Part shown: positions 23,246 to 35,170 of the stretch, in pieces
How positions within the stretch are numbered: the stretch's first letter is position 1
Layout: every line of letters begins with the position of its first letter
Assembly: GCA_000934665.2 (NCBI GenBank)
Contig: JYFJ02003449.1
Span: forward strand, 1-41,443
DNA length: 41,443 nt
Source of the DNA: Catajapyx aquilonaris
Taxonomy: Eukaryota
Reading direction: 5' to 3'
The notes under the pieces: generated by a model
Database searches by the model: none
What the model was told of the DNA's origin: nothing
Seen by the model: only the letters and a program-made list of their open reading frames with translations
Position numbers and translations under genes: made by a program

Positions 23246-26200
23246 CTTGAGCCTCAGTTCGCTCCAGGTGGTCCATTATGGTGGCGTGGTCCTCTCCTTC
23301 CTTCCGGCCACCATCTTGTGGGGTGTTCCGCCTTCTTGGGTCCGGGTCGGCCATCTTGGTAGCTTCTCATCAGACGCGTGAATGGTGGGAGGATTCTACA
23401 GTGAATTTTTCCGGGGTGACTGGATCACCCAAACCTATGCAAGCCACATCGGCTCCCACTAATTTTGCAACCTGCGATCTCTCTTTGTGTCAAAAAAAAA
23501 CAACTACTCAATAACCCCAAATTTTCCCCACTAAACTGGCCGTTAAACTGCCTGCCCACCCATGGGACCCCTTTCACTGCTTCTACCCACCCGTAGCTAT
23601 TCAAAACTCAAAACTTGAAGCTACATTTATCTCACCAAAATTGCACACACATTTTGAAAAACAAGCAGCTGATTGGACAATTAACACTTATCCTTCCGCT
23701 ATGTATGACACAGCAAAAATTTGGGCCCCAAGCCCCAACTCCACTACTCCTCCTTTCAAGAAGAAAAGCCTCTCCCAAGGTCCCACTTTTTCTGACGTCA
23801 CTTGACCTTAACCAAGCTCGAACCATAAGCCACCCACGTGAGGGAAGGAGACCCCCGGGAGGAGACTACAATCTACTTGGTGTTAGACAAAGACTCTTGA
23901 TGAAAGACTCTTGATGATGATGCATCTTTTAACAAAACAACTGTAGGGAATTTCCCCGCTCATTCTGCATGACGCAATATTGCACCACATTGCATCATGA
24001 TAGCACACTGAACAATGCAATTTCACCGTTGCTCAAATAAAAGTAATTAAAAAAAATCATGACTCAAAAATGGACATTGACATCCACTCCCCACTACCGT
24101 TTTAAAGAATTAAGCTGAAGTACAGCTTAAATCTTTGACACAATTGTCAAAAACCCATCCAAAAGTTACAGAACTTAACCACCTAATTGAACAATCACAA
24201 ATTGTCTCACTTCACATTTGCAGTTTACACAAGGAAAACCTTGAGGGCGTGTCGGGTTTCTGGCCACGAACACAAAAAAAAAAACAAAGGGAATTTCTTG
24301 GTGGCTCTTCCCTAGCCTAAATTGTTAAATCAGTTGTCCACAGCAGCACGCTACTGGAGTAAAACAAATCCCACCCGTTGTGACTCACCAGCCGATTAAT
24401 CCAAATTCCCCATGGTAGAACGGATACCAAAATTTTGGCACCCAATTCATCAACAAATTTATCCCCCACTCCAGATCCTCGCGTAATCCAAAACTTCTGA
24501 GATTACGGGAGTCTGTGGAGCGACGGCTAATGAGCCTGCCTACTGAGGCTAAAATTCACTATTAATTTCAACTATGGCCAGCAACTGTGCTTGCAGACCA
24601 ACAATTACCAACTCCCGTTGCCGCACAGAGCAACCTGGATCCATTAGCAAAGCCTATTTGTGACAAGTGTGTCATTGGCAAGTCTCAGCATACATCAATG
24701 CGCAGTTTCAGAGGATTCAATGTACTCCATATACTGAGACCGCCAAATTACATTACCCCAACAATTGTACATCATCACCTTGAAACAAAGCAGGTGTAAG
24801 TAACCAATCCAAAGAACTGCAATGACTCCAATGTAAACCAGGATAACTCCACTACTTGAGGATCATGAACAGTCGGCCACTGGACACCACCTCGGTACCC
24901 AACCGACCCCGAACAAGTCACCTCGGAAACCCTGTCACATGTTACCAAAAACAATCCAAAGGTGACATTGGAACACACAATATCACTTGACCAGTGAAAT
25001 CTCCCTAGAGTTCATTCACCTCACCACACAGCTCTTGATAGCGACTAGTGCCGCTCACTAGACTGTGATCATAGGCTTTTGCACTAGTGACATGGTCACC
25101 TTCCTATAGCGCCGAGGCACTTTCACTTTTTCTCCATGTACAATTACACAGTGCGACCAAGACTTGTCCATTGTTTAACTTTCACAGTATCCCAAACTAT
25201 TTTAGCAGACTTATCTAAAATTCTGTTCAACAAGAACTTATATTAGTGATTGCAGCGACTGCAGAATTAGAGCAAGAACGATGCATAACAAAGACATCAA
25301 AAATGTCAGGACTAAAGCAATTGAGTGACTACACTCAACTTCACGAACGACTGAGTTGTTGCAAAAATTAAGCATATGCAAGGATTAGAGAAAGGGAGCC
25401 AAAATGCCCCCCCCCCCCTTTTTCTTTAAAAGGTGTACATACCCACCCATGGTAGAATGATAAAAGTATTAAAGTATAACTGCAATGAACTAAATAAAGT
25501 TCCCCAGTCGGCCCAAAAGGACTTACTCCAGGGAAAGGCAAAAAAAAAAGGATGTGAGGAGGGCCACCCCAGTCGGCCCAAAAAGGACTTACTCCAAGGT
25601 GGATCACTCACTGCAAAATGCAAGCGCTTCGAAAGTACCACGAGGTAAACCACTGATACCCAGATCGCCTAATGGTGGGACACCAGGGGAGGACCCAGGA
25701 CGGAAGGTGCGAGCACGTGTAGTCAAAAACGGGGGGATAGCTAGGGCAGGGCCCCTGAGCTTTCCCATCCAGCCGGACCACACCACTTCTACTGGCTCAC
25801 ACCGGAAGAGGGTAGGCCAACTTCCTATACCCCAGTCAAAATACTGGTATCGATGCAAGTGTTCACCGCATGCTGACAGCAAGGTCCACTCCACAGTTTG
25901 CGTACGGCTTCCTGCTGACAGCACACAACACCACCTGCAGGCTGTTTTATGCGGACTGCACATTCTCATCATTTTGACTGACACTAGTTTGGCTGCAACT
26001 TGATCCCATTTGGTGAATTACTGCAGCACGACTGGATCACCGGAAAATTGTTTATGGGAGGAGTTACCATTGTTCACCACACTTGGACATCACCTCCAAG
26101 GCAGAACAGGACACCGTCTTCTCTGCTGTTGTACTCAGAGCATTGTTGTCGCAGAAACAGCTGCAACAGCGACGTCGCAAGATGTTCCCGCCTGAAGATC

Positions 26201-26449
26201 CTTGAAGGCTCCCCAGAAGGATAACTGCATCATGGTGTGGAGGTCCCACTACAGGAAACACTCCGCTGCAGAGAGCCGCCCAATTGTTGGCAGGTCACCA
26301 GGTGTGCGCCCATTGTTGGCAACACACCGTTGAGTGTGCGTCTCCTCGTTAATGGGTAGGCTGGCACCTTCACTCCTGGTTGCTGTGACCACAATGTTTC
26401 GAAACTGGAGGCAGAACTTCACCCACCAGCAGAAGGTCACACTGTTTGC

Positions 26450-27310
26450 ACCGCCATCTCCTCGAGAGCGTGAATGAGAGGGATGTAGATTTCTATTTCT
26501 ACGAACCTTATAACAGCATCGTGTCTTTCGACCCAGCGTGTTTGGCACAGAGGCATCAGAGATGAGTGTCGGGATGAAGGCATATCTCGAGAGATGGTCT
26601 TTTTAAGAACATCAGTTCTCTGTGGCGAATACCTAAAGAAGGCGGCAACGGAACCGATGCTTCCCATGCAGTTCCGGACAGTAGGGATTTTGCATGAGTC
26701 CGTTAGAGCCAGGTTCAATGAATGGGCTGCACAGTGGACGTAAAGCGCCATAGGATGCTGCTCTCGGATGATTGCCTGCACTCCATTCCGATGACCACTC
26801 ATTGAAGCCGCGCCATCATACCCTTGACCGATGATGCACTCCACGTCTAAACCTTTTTTCCTTAAAGTTTTCATGATCAGGTCAGCTATTCCTCGTCCAG
26901 AGACGTCGTGAGCAGGGACGAACTCGAGAAAATCCTCTCGGAGGATGTGTTCCTGTATGTCAATGTATCTGATGCACAGAGACATCTGCTCAATTTTTGC
27001 TGTGTCAGTGGTTTCATCTGGCAATACGGCAAAACATCCACCTGCATTGATCTTCTTTACCAGTTGTTCTTGGATGACACATCCGCTGATTGTAATATGT
27101 TCATTTTGGATCCCCGGACTTGTATATTGGGCGTTCAGCGAGGCCTTTTCTAGATACTCCTTCAGCGTCACATCTCCAGACTTCATCCTAAATCTCAGGA
27201 GACCTCTAAAGTTACCGTCATTTTCTAATGGTTCGCGCATCGTGATAGGACCTGAATCATTTTTTCCTCTCAGAGGAATTTCTTGTCGACCACAGAATAG
27301 TGGGAGAATG
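26450..27310 (-). pseudogene. hAT transposase fragment (THAP12/ZMYM1-like, Tip100 group)
   Basis: CGRQEIPLRG, GNFRGLL, YTSPGIQNE, DETTD, GQGYDGAASMSG, HCAAHSLNL, TRWVERH. Both ends truncated. Confidence 0.93.
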
Positions 27311-27992
27311 TGGGAGGTTTTGGAAAAAAAATTACCCATGATTTGGCACCTTTTGGAATAGGAAACATTTTTCAATGTTTCATTTAGGCATGATGTGGGA
27401 CTTTTAGACACCGAACATTTTTGGTACTAAGATATGTGAACGACACGGTAGATGGCGCAAAAATCTCAATTCAAAATTGATGTGGGAGGTTTTAGAAATA
27501 GACTATTCACATCTTGGTGAAATGCCATTGAGCTTTGATATAGGTTCATGCAATAAAGGAAATAAGGTAGACAGAAAATTATTTAGCTTACCCATATATT
27601 TTGCCGCACGAGGCTGTACTTGCTACCTGTTTTAGCAGTGTCCTACTGCAGACGTGGATATGCAGCGTCCATTGACTTCCCTAGCCTGTAATACTTGACT
27701 CTATTAACATTTTTGCTCTCACCCAATATCAGATTGTTGTTGCTGTGAAACCCATAAGCCCAAATTAATCATAAATATAATTTGTACTAAATTCCTTTAT
27801 TTTCTTTCCCATTGTTGGCTACTTACTCCAAAAAAAAAAAAATGATTTCGTCCTTTAGTTGCTTACTCAGGGAAGCATGTGTTTTTGCTGTTATATCATC
27901 CCCTTCAAGGAGTGGTTTCACCATCTCTGAGAACTGGGGAAGCTCTTCATTGTGGGACCATATGTAGGCCTCCCTCTCAAGCGTCTCTTGAG

Positions 27993-28115
27993 CAGTGATG
28001 GGAAAGATCACAAAAAAATGATCTAGGTCAGATCCTAGATCCTTCAGCAATTTTCTATCTTGATATCACCTCAGATCCTTCATATCCAGATGATCTAGAT
28101 CTAGATCAGATCACA
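27993..28115. mobile_element. hAT-like element end
   Basis: CAGTGATGGG terminus followed by repeated GATC/AGATC motifs. Confidence 0.6.
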
Positions 28116-28542
28116 CTTTTGGAAGCATGGGATGTAAATGAGCAGTCACATTCAGTTGAAATAGTTTTGATGTTCTGCTACATAACATCAATATTACACT
28201 ACCTTCGCTATAAAATATATTCCAACATATTCTAGCAAATTGTTCGCATATATTGGAAGTAATGCATCAGCAATAACTTGCTGAGTACATACAAGATACA
28301 ACTATATGCAAGTATGTATCACCCAAGTGTTTAATTCTGCTACCATTATCTAACATTAGTACTAACATGCTATACTAATGCTATACTCTATAATTATTAA
28401 TTATGTAACCTGCAATTGGAATACAGGCATAATAATGTAAATATACTGACATACTGACGATACTGTAGGCCCTACATCTTGCCTATTCACCTATGCCATA
28501 ACTTTGAAATGTAAACTCTGAATAATTGAAATATTTACTTAA

Positions 28543-28620
28543 CACTTAATCGCCAACATGAATCTGCCATACATTGGCTACGACGTGGGGTCTTTCAGGA
28601 CCCCACGCGGTTTTCATTTT
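28543..28620. mobile_element. piggyBac-like end
   Basis: TTAA|CACTT followed by the palindrome CGTGGGGTC-N6-GACCCCACG (28584-28607). Confidence 0.5.
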
Positions 28621-29534
28621 TTAACAAATTTGCCTTAATAGAACTAAAGCCATTCTTCCTCGCTAGATTCGGCCTGTATTCTCATCTGTATGTGTAAAAA
28701 AAAATCGATCTCCTATGACCATTTGTTGAGACATAAGGGACAGGGGCGGGCTGCCCAAAACCGCCCGTGACAAACACCCCGGACACCAGCTAAGTGACCA
28801 GGGGGAACGACCACCAACCCCCCGGCACAACTCAGCGCACAGTAAAAGCAAATTGACAAGAACAAAAAAAAATTAAAAGAAAGAAAGCAAACAAAATTAA
28901 ATAAAAAAACCCATCACCAGAAGACCCCAAAATAAAAATGAACCTCGTGCTACAAAATGGCGGAAAGAAGTATACAAAACCCGGTGCATCCAGCCTGGCC
29001 TGCACAGACACCCCCAAAAGCCCAAACAAGAAAGCCAAAACAAAAAAAAGGGGGGGGGGGAACTTGCAACAATTAACACAAAGGCTACAGTAGCAAGTCC
29101 TCTTCGTCGACGTCGTCCACCGCATCCATGGGTACACCCACTCCCGCAGCCCCTTCGCCACCAACCGCCGCAGCAGCAGCAGCAGCAGGTCCGCGGTGTC
29201 GAGCAACCTCGGCCTGGAGGGCAGCCAAGAGCCCACGCAGCCCCTGGACTTCCTCCCGCAGGGCGGCGTTGTCCGGGGCCACCGGCCCGCCCACAGCCGC
29301 CACCATCGCCCCGGGCGGGGCGAAGACTTGTTTGGCGCCCTCTAGTCGGTGCTCCGGGGTCCTGGCCCAATCCCATGGTGGAGTAGGAAGGGGCCGGTTG
29401 GGCCCAATCGCGGGCACCAGGCTGGCCTCCAGCTCCCTCGGCGGGCCCGGGCGGAAACGCAGCGGCCACGGCTGCCACGGGTGGTCCACATGGTGGACGT
29501 GGCCCCCCGGCGAACCCCTGTCCACTTCCGGGGC

Positions 29535-30920
29535 GAAAACAGGGGCAGGATACTGGGTTCCAACGACATATAAGTGTCAATGTCCGCAATGAATAAATTA
29601 AAAAGTACTGGGGACAGCGGTTCGCCCTGCATGACGCCGCGACTCACCTTTAGCTCGCCAGGATCTCCATTTTGAGGGATCAGGCGGACCTTAGAGTATA
29701 TATTTATCAAAATATTAATGAAGTGGTCCGGGAGTCCCGTTTTCTGCAAGTGGCTCCATAGATCATTATACTGAACAGAATCGAACGCTTTTGACAGATC
29801 CAGAAATAGTGCGAATAATTTTCCTTTTGGTTTCGTGAATTGGTGTTGTATAAGTGTATTTAGCAGGAATATCTGATACAAGCATCCTCTTCCGCGTCTA
29901 AAAGCCGCTTGAGTTTCGGGAAATACTTTTCTGGCCTCCGCCCACTGTGACAACCGGTTAACCAGGACGGAGGTGTATAACTTAAATATATTATTAAACA
30001 GGGTTATAGGTCGGTAGTTCTCCGGATTTAATGGATCCCCCTTTTTGAAAATTGGAATAACCGTGGCAACAGGCCAAGAGGACGGTATTAGTGTCGCGTT
30101 TAGGCAAAAATTTGTCTGAGCTAGTAAATAGTCAAAAACCACTGTTGCTTTAATTTTCAATATGTTATTTGATATGTTGTCAGGCCCAACTGATTTATTC
30201 CTATTCAGATTCCCGATTGCCTTTGCAAGTTCGTCTTGCGTAATTAATTGTAACAGCACAGTGTCGTCCTTAGACATGCATATAGTTAAGGTCATTAATC
30301 CAGTTGAGGCATTACATTGATTACTGTAAAGGCCTGTGAGATGGTGCCACCATACGTTTGGCGGCAACTGCGTTGACAGCTGACCTTTTTTCCCTTCATT
30401 TATCAAGCGCCAAAAAATCCTGGCGTCCTTCGTTTGGCTCAAGGTTGCCATTCTAGTTCTGTTATAAGCTGAGCACTTGGCCTTTTTAAGGTTTTTGTAT
30501 GCTCGGTTTGCCTCCCTGTAACTGACTAACTCCGATTGCGCGGAGGATCTCCGCCATTCGCTCAGTTTTTGCAAAACTACCTTCTTGGCTCCTGCTACTT
30601 CCGCATCGTGCCAAAGAGCTTTGCGCTTTCTGGCATGCGCGGGTTTTTCAGGTCTATGGGGGTAAAGAAGCCCTTCCTCTATGAGAAGATCTGTGACCAA
30701 CTTTGCAAGCAACAGGGACCCTGTATCCATAGATAATTGACTTTCTTCGGATGAGGACCCTTCTTCACAAGATAAAAGTGACCAAGTGTCTATCAATGGC
30801 GCTAAGTGATCCAGGTGTGTGTCAATACGTGCTAACCTAAGGCAAGTGTCTCCCAGCTGATAGCAATGGGGAGTTTCTAAAGGCGATAATGAAGTGTACA
30901 ATGCAACTGGAAAGTGGTCC
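29535..30920 (-). pseudogene. LINE ORF2 fragment (linker plus N-terminal RT), truncated at both ends
   Basis: KSVGPDNI, PIFKKGD...NYRPITL, QAAFRRGR, FLDLSKAFDSV, GVMQGEPLSPVLF. Ends before YADD and starts abruptly at DHFPV. Confidence 0.93.
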
Positions 30921-31697
30921 AGTAGTGGGTGAGTAGCTCCTCCTTGGACATCCTGTCTGAACTGCAGGCTGAACTGCAGGCTGAACACTTCCGGTTTGCG
31001 GTGGAGACTTCATGGGGCCACCTGTTTCCGCTCTATTGTTCTCCGATCACCTGTTTCCGGTGTAGGGGGCCACCTAATCCAACAGCTGTCAATCAATCAA
31101 CGTGTGTCGGCGTCAATCAAACGTTACCAACGTATGTATGTGTGAGGCTATTTTTTCTATTATTCTATAACTGTTTGACAGCTATCTCATTACCTAACGT
31201 GTCACTACACAACTACCTGCTTCTCAATGTTGCCAATCTCTAGGGAGCCAACTAATCCATCACCATGATGATAGCTATCAATCATACATCACCAACGTGT
31301 GTATATATGTATATGACGTCACCCAACGTACGCCTACGTACGCCTACGCACGCTTACGCACGTCAATCACACGTCACCAACGTATGTATGTATGAGACTA
31401 TTTTTTTTCGTGAGAATCAATGTTACCAACTGGAATACATATATCCACCTAATCATGCTCTTGAGACCAACAGCCTCCCCTGTCGATCATGAGGAGTCAT
31501 CTAACGGTGGCCCTGGTAAACCAAACAATTATGCACAAGAAGGTGTAGAGCACTCCATCTAGCGGTAGATACTAGAACGACACCATCTCGCAGCAGCTCG
31601 ACCTTGATCACTTGTTAGCTAAAAAACAACCTCACCTGTTATGAATCCATAACTATTCCCAAATATGCCACCTGGAGGTCATCCAATCTAAAATATG

Positions 31698-31786
31698 TTA
31701 TTTGAGGTCATACAATGAGACGAGAATTGCTAGTTTTTTAAAATTCTTCTTTAAGTCTTGTACAAGACTGGACACCTGCAAATGAG

Positions 31787-31857
<71 letters not shown>

Positions 31858-32090
31858 AACTTGTTAGAAATCGTCAACAACATGTTGCAGCTGTTGTTGT
31901 TGCTGTTGTTGTTGCAACAGTTGTTGATGATGTGTAACGATCGTCTAACTAATGTTGCCTCTCTACGTTCACACCTCTCAACCGCTCGATGGTAAATCCC
32001 ATAAATCAAAAAAAAAAGGAGTATTGCAGTTGATGTAACAGTCATAGCCAGAATAATATCTATCCACTCACACTTGACTGTTGGGACCAT
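31698..32090 (-). CDS. Small putative membrane protein (possible Polinton accessory ORF)
   Basis: ATG ORF with hydrophobic IILAMTVTSTAILLFFLIYGIY followed by a charged stretch. The poly-Leu comes from (TAA)n at 31787-31855. Confidence 0.4.
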
Positions 32091-32506
32091 CTATAATTTA
32101 AAAATTGTTCAGATACAGAATATCGTTCACACATGCAAATACGCACCTCTATAATGTTCAATCCTAACGTCACAAATGAATCTCTTACCAGCAATTATAG
32201 CTGATTGTGAATAAATCATTTCCGGCTAACACTCTTCAGTTGCAAATCCCACGTTCATTTTTCGCATAGACATTTTTTTTTTCATATGACGGAAAAAAAA
32301 AGCTTGCACTGTCCAGCAAACGTTATTTATTGCACAAATAATGTTCATAATTAATCAAGATTAATGTGTATGTGTGGGACAAGATGTAAACTACATCAAA
32401 CGGAATAATTTAATTCCACGATTATTTACGCGCATTACATGCTGCATATTTACAAGACAGGTGCAAAATGCCATGTCAGCTCTAGGCTTGGCTCAAATAA
32501 GATTCA

Positions 32507-32909
32507 TAATTAACTATCAACGATGATTACGGAGGTCGCGGTATCGCTGCGGCTGCATGAATCTATCTCGTAAACGGACTGTTTAAAAAAATTCACAGAT
32601 CCTTGAGTTGATCATTTATAGTGATTATTCTAATTAGGTATGGTGTGGAATGAGACGATCTATTTAAATATCACATTTACATAAGGACCCGTATCATAGT
32701 TAATTAACTATCAACGATGATTACGGAGGTCGCGGTACCGCTGCGGCTGCATGAATCTATCTCGTAAACGGACTGTTTTAAAAAATTCACAGATCATTGA
32801 GTTGATCATTTATAGTGATTATTCTAATTAGACATGGTGCGGAATGAGACGAGCTATTTAAATATCACATTTACATCAGGTTCAATGTCACAGATAATTA
32901 ACTATCAAC
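32507..32909. repeat. 194-bp tandem repeat, two copies plus the start of a third
   Basis: TAATTAACTATCAAC recurs at 32507, 32701 and 32895. The two full units are nearly identical. Confidence 0.95.
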
Positions 32910-33658
32910 CAATATGTGACAGCCTCTTCTTGGTACTGATCCTGCTCAATCTGTTCATGCCTCCGAAAATATGTACACTATAGATGCCATCACGTATGAT
33001 CAACTTAAGTGTGCTATAGAGGTCAATCACCCCACGTTAAATGTGTTGTGAAAGTTCAAGCAGGATTTCACATCCAGTGCGAATGGTGGCGAAAGGTGTT
33101 TATCAAGTTGAAAAGGACAAACCAGTGTTAAATGTCCTGGATTTTTCGACATATAAGCGTGAAGATTTGGCGCCAGAAGCATGATATCCAACAACATACT
33201 GGTGAGTTGAGTTTTATCCTCTGTATATTTGGTTAGTGGTTTTTCTATATGTAAAATTATTGTGTTCAAGGTAACAAGAGCTCATGTTTCCTTTTGATTG
33301 CGTAACAGTTGTTTTTACACACCATTATTATTAAGTGTAAAAAAAATGACAAGTTGGTGGAGTTTTATGTTATTTAATTGTGATCACTCATAATTTGTGA
33401 GTTGGGACATTAAGTTACATCAACTGCTCATTTTAAATATTTTATTTTTTCCCCAGAGTTAAAGTTGAGTGATTTCATCGGAGCTTGTGTGTTTTTTTTT
33501 CCTGAACCATGCTGCGAAGTTATGTCTACCCTACCCAGAAAGAAAAAAAATAACTTCCACCGCAATTGTAAGTACACATTTGATTTTTTTAAATACTTTA
33601 CTTTTTTTTACAACCAACCACTATAAAAAAAAGTTGACGGTGCTATAATTTTTATAAT

Positions 33659-34711
33659 ATGCATAGACTCCGAGCCAATAGCACGCATGCTTTGCATCGA
33701 TATCAACCGTACAATGAAAAATCCTTATTATTTTCTAAGGGACAATACGATGCGAGACGGAAAAGAATTTCGAATGTTGCCGATCCCATAGCTGAAGGAG
33801 ATGTGGTGACAAGAGGATTTTTACAAGCTAGCCGCTCTAAACGTGACGTGCTGCAAATAGGTGATCAAAATTTTATTGATTTCAAAGGAAAAATAATTAG
33901 ACAGATAGGGGAACCCTTAAATGGTAGTGACGCTGTAACATTAAATTATTTATCTGAAAATGTGATTCAAACCTCAGCAGAGCAATTTATTAATATTATG
34001 AAAGGGAAAGTTTTGCGAAATATAGCCACAGCTATAGAGCCAATGGATGCAATTAATAAGAATTACTTGGAAAATATTACTCTAAAAAATGGTAAGCCAC
34101 TTATAATGCTAAATTCATCGGTAGATTGTGAAGGTTGTAAACTGCAAAATATTACAAAAGCTGTCGATAATGGTGACGCAGTTTCAAAGGAATTTTTGGA
34201 GGAATTTGAAACGAGAATGGGCAATCCTCTTGTCATTCCAAAAACTGGTCCAATAAATGCTGCTGAACGTAGAATTACAGATATAGCGGACGCAAATTTT
34301 AGCACAGATGCAATAAATCAGAGATATTTCAGACAACACGCTTTACATCTTAAGGAGGATAATGGGGAAAAAGTTGTAGACTGTAAAAATCACAGGATCA
34401 TGCGTGTGTCAAACCCGAAAGATGACAATGATGCAGTGAATAAAAAATATTTAGAGCAGGTAATTTCTTCAGTTTCGAGTTTGACGACAGAAGGATATTT
34501 CACAGCTAAATTTGCACAGATTCGAGATGTTGGCCCACCTCTGGCTAAGGACCATGCAGCTACTATGGGTTATGTGGACGGCGAGATAACTCAATTAATT
34601 TTAGCCATAAAATATATAATTGAGTCATCGTTGGAGAGATTTATAATAAAAAAGGATCAGGCTGAACTGAAAATGCTTTTATTGACTAAATTGAACTATC
34701 GTGAGGTGTAA
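33659..34711 (+). CDS. Fibre/spike-like repeat protein (350 aa)
   Basis: Seven repeats of the form D...RI.NV..P....DAV.K.YL, resembling phage tail-fibre and trimeric adhesin neck motifs. TATAAA near 33622; AATAAA after the stop. Confidence 0.8.
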   Translation: MHRLRANSTHALHRYQPYNEKSLLFSKGQYDARRKRISNVADPIAEGDVVTRGFLQASRSKRDVLQIGDQNFIDFKGKIIRQIGEPLNGSDAVTLNYLSENVIQTSAEQFINIMKGKVLRNIATAIEPMDAINKNYLENITLKNGKPLIMLNSSVDCEGCKLQNITKAVDNGDAVSKEFLEEFETRMGNPLVIPKTGPINAAERRITDIADANFSTDAINQRYFRQHALHLKEDNGEKVVDCKNHRIMRVSNPKDDNDAVNKKYLEQVISSVSSLTTEGYFTAKFAQIRDVGPPLAKDHAATMGYVDGEITQLILAIKYIIESSLERFIIKKDQAELKMLLLTKLNYREV

Positions 34712-34756
34712 CAAATAAATAAATAAATAAACAATTTTTCTCAAAAACATTTTTTT

Positions 34757-35170
34757 TTATTCATAACGTTCAAGGACAGTATTAAAAGAATCCCCGCTTG
34801 ATAAATCTGACAACATTAAGATACACAGATGCCCACAAACAGGCAAATCGCATCTCTGTAAACGCACAGAATTATAAAATAAATTGTGGGTGTGCAAATA
34901 GTTCATAAGTTCAACAGGTGATCTTAAATTTCCATAAGGATCGAAAAAAAATCCCATATTATTTCTTAAGTTGTAACACACCCAATGGGTCCCATAGCCT
35001 TTTGTAGAATCTAAATTAACTATCCCACACTCATTCGGTTGGGGCCCTGATTTAGGTAAATTATCTCGCATGAAAACGCCCCGAAAATTTGGAATTCGAA
35101 GCCATTTAACTAGCCTAATCAAATCTTGATCACTTAACGACGATACCGTCTCCGTCCTGCCCCGACACAT
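34757..35170 (-). CDS. Adenain-like cysteine protease (Polinton PRO)
   Basis: IPNFRGVFMRDNLP, GIVNLD...GTHWVC, FFDPYG, LQ...VCGHLC, with H, D, Q and C intact. The first ATG is at 35170. Confidence 0.93.
   Translation of the reverse strand: MCRGRTETVSSLSDQDLIRLVKWLRIPNFRGVFMRDNLPKSGPQPNECGIVNLDSTKGYGTHWVCYNLRNNMGFFFDPYGNLRSPVELMNYLHTHNLFYNSVRLQRCDLPVCGHLCILMLSDLSSGDSFNTVLERYE

Noticed and set aside
25670..25690. Minus-strand primer-binding site TGGTGTCC
   Set aside because: Not preceded by an LTR CA end and no convincing tRNA match.
30921..30988. N-terminus of the 548-aa RT ORF
   Set aside because: It is read-through into the Polinton terminus; FSLQFSLQ comes from a 12-bp repeat.
32507..32909. 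CRISPR-like array (also 12500-12750 and 25502-25597)
   Set aside because: Units repeat in full or occur only twice, there are no unique spacers or cas genes, and the context is eukaryotic.
33659..34711. Bacterial YadA or prophage contamination
   Set aside because: No signal peptide or beta-barrel anchor. It is flanked by Polinton genes and poly(A) signals.
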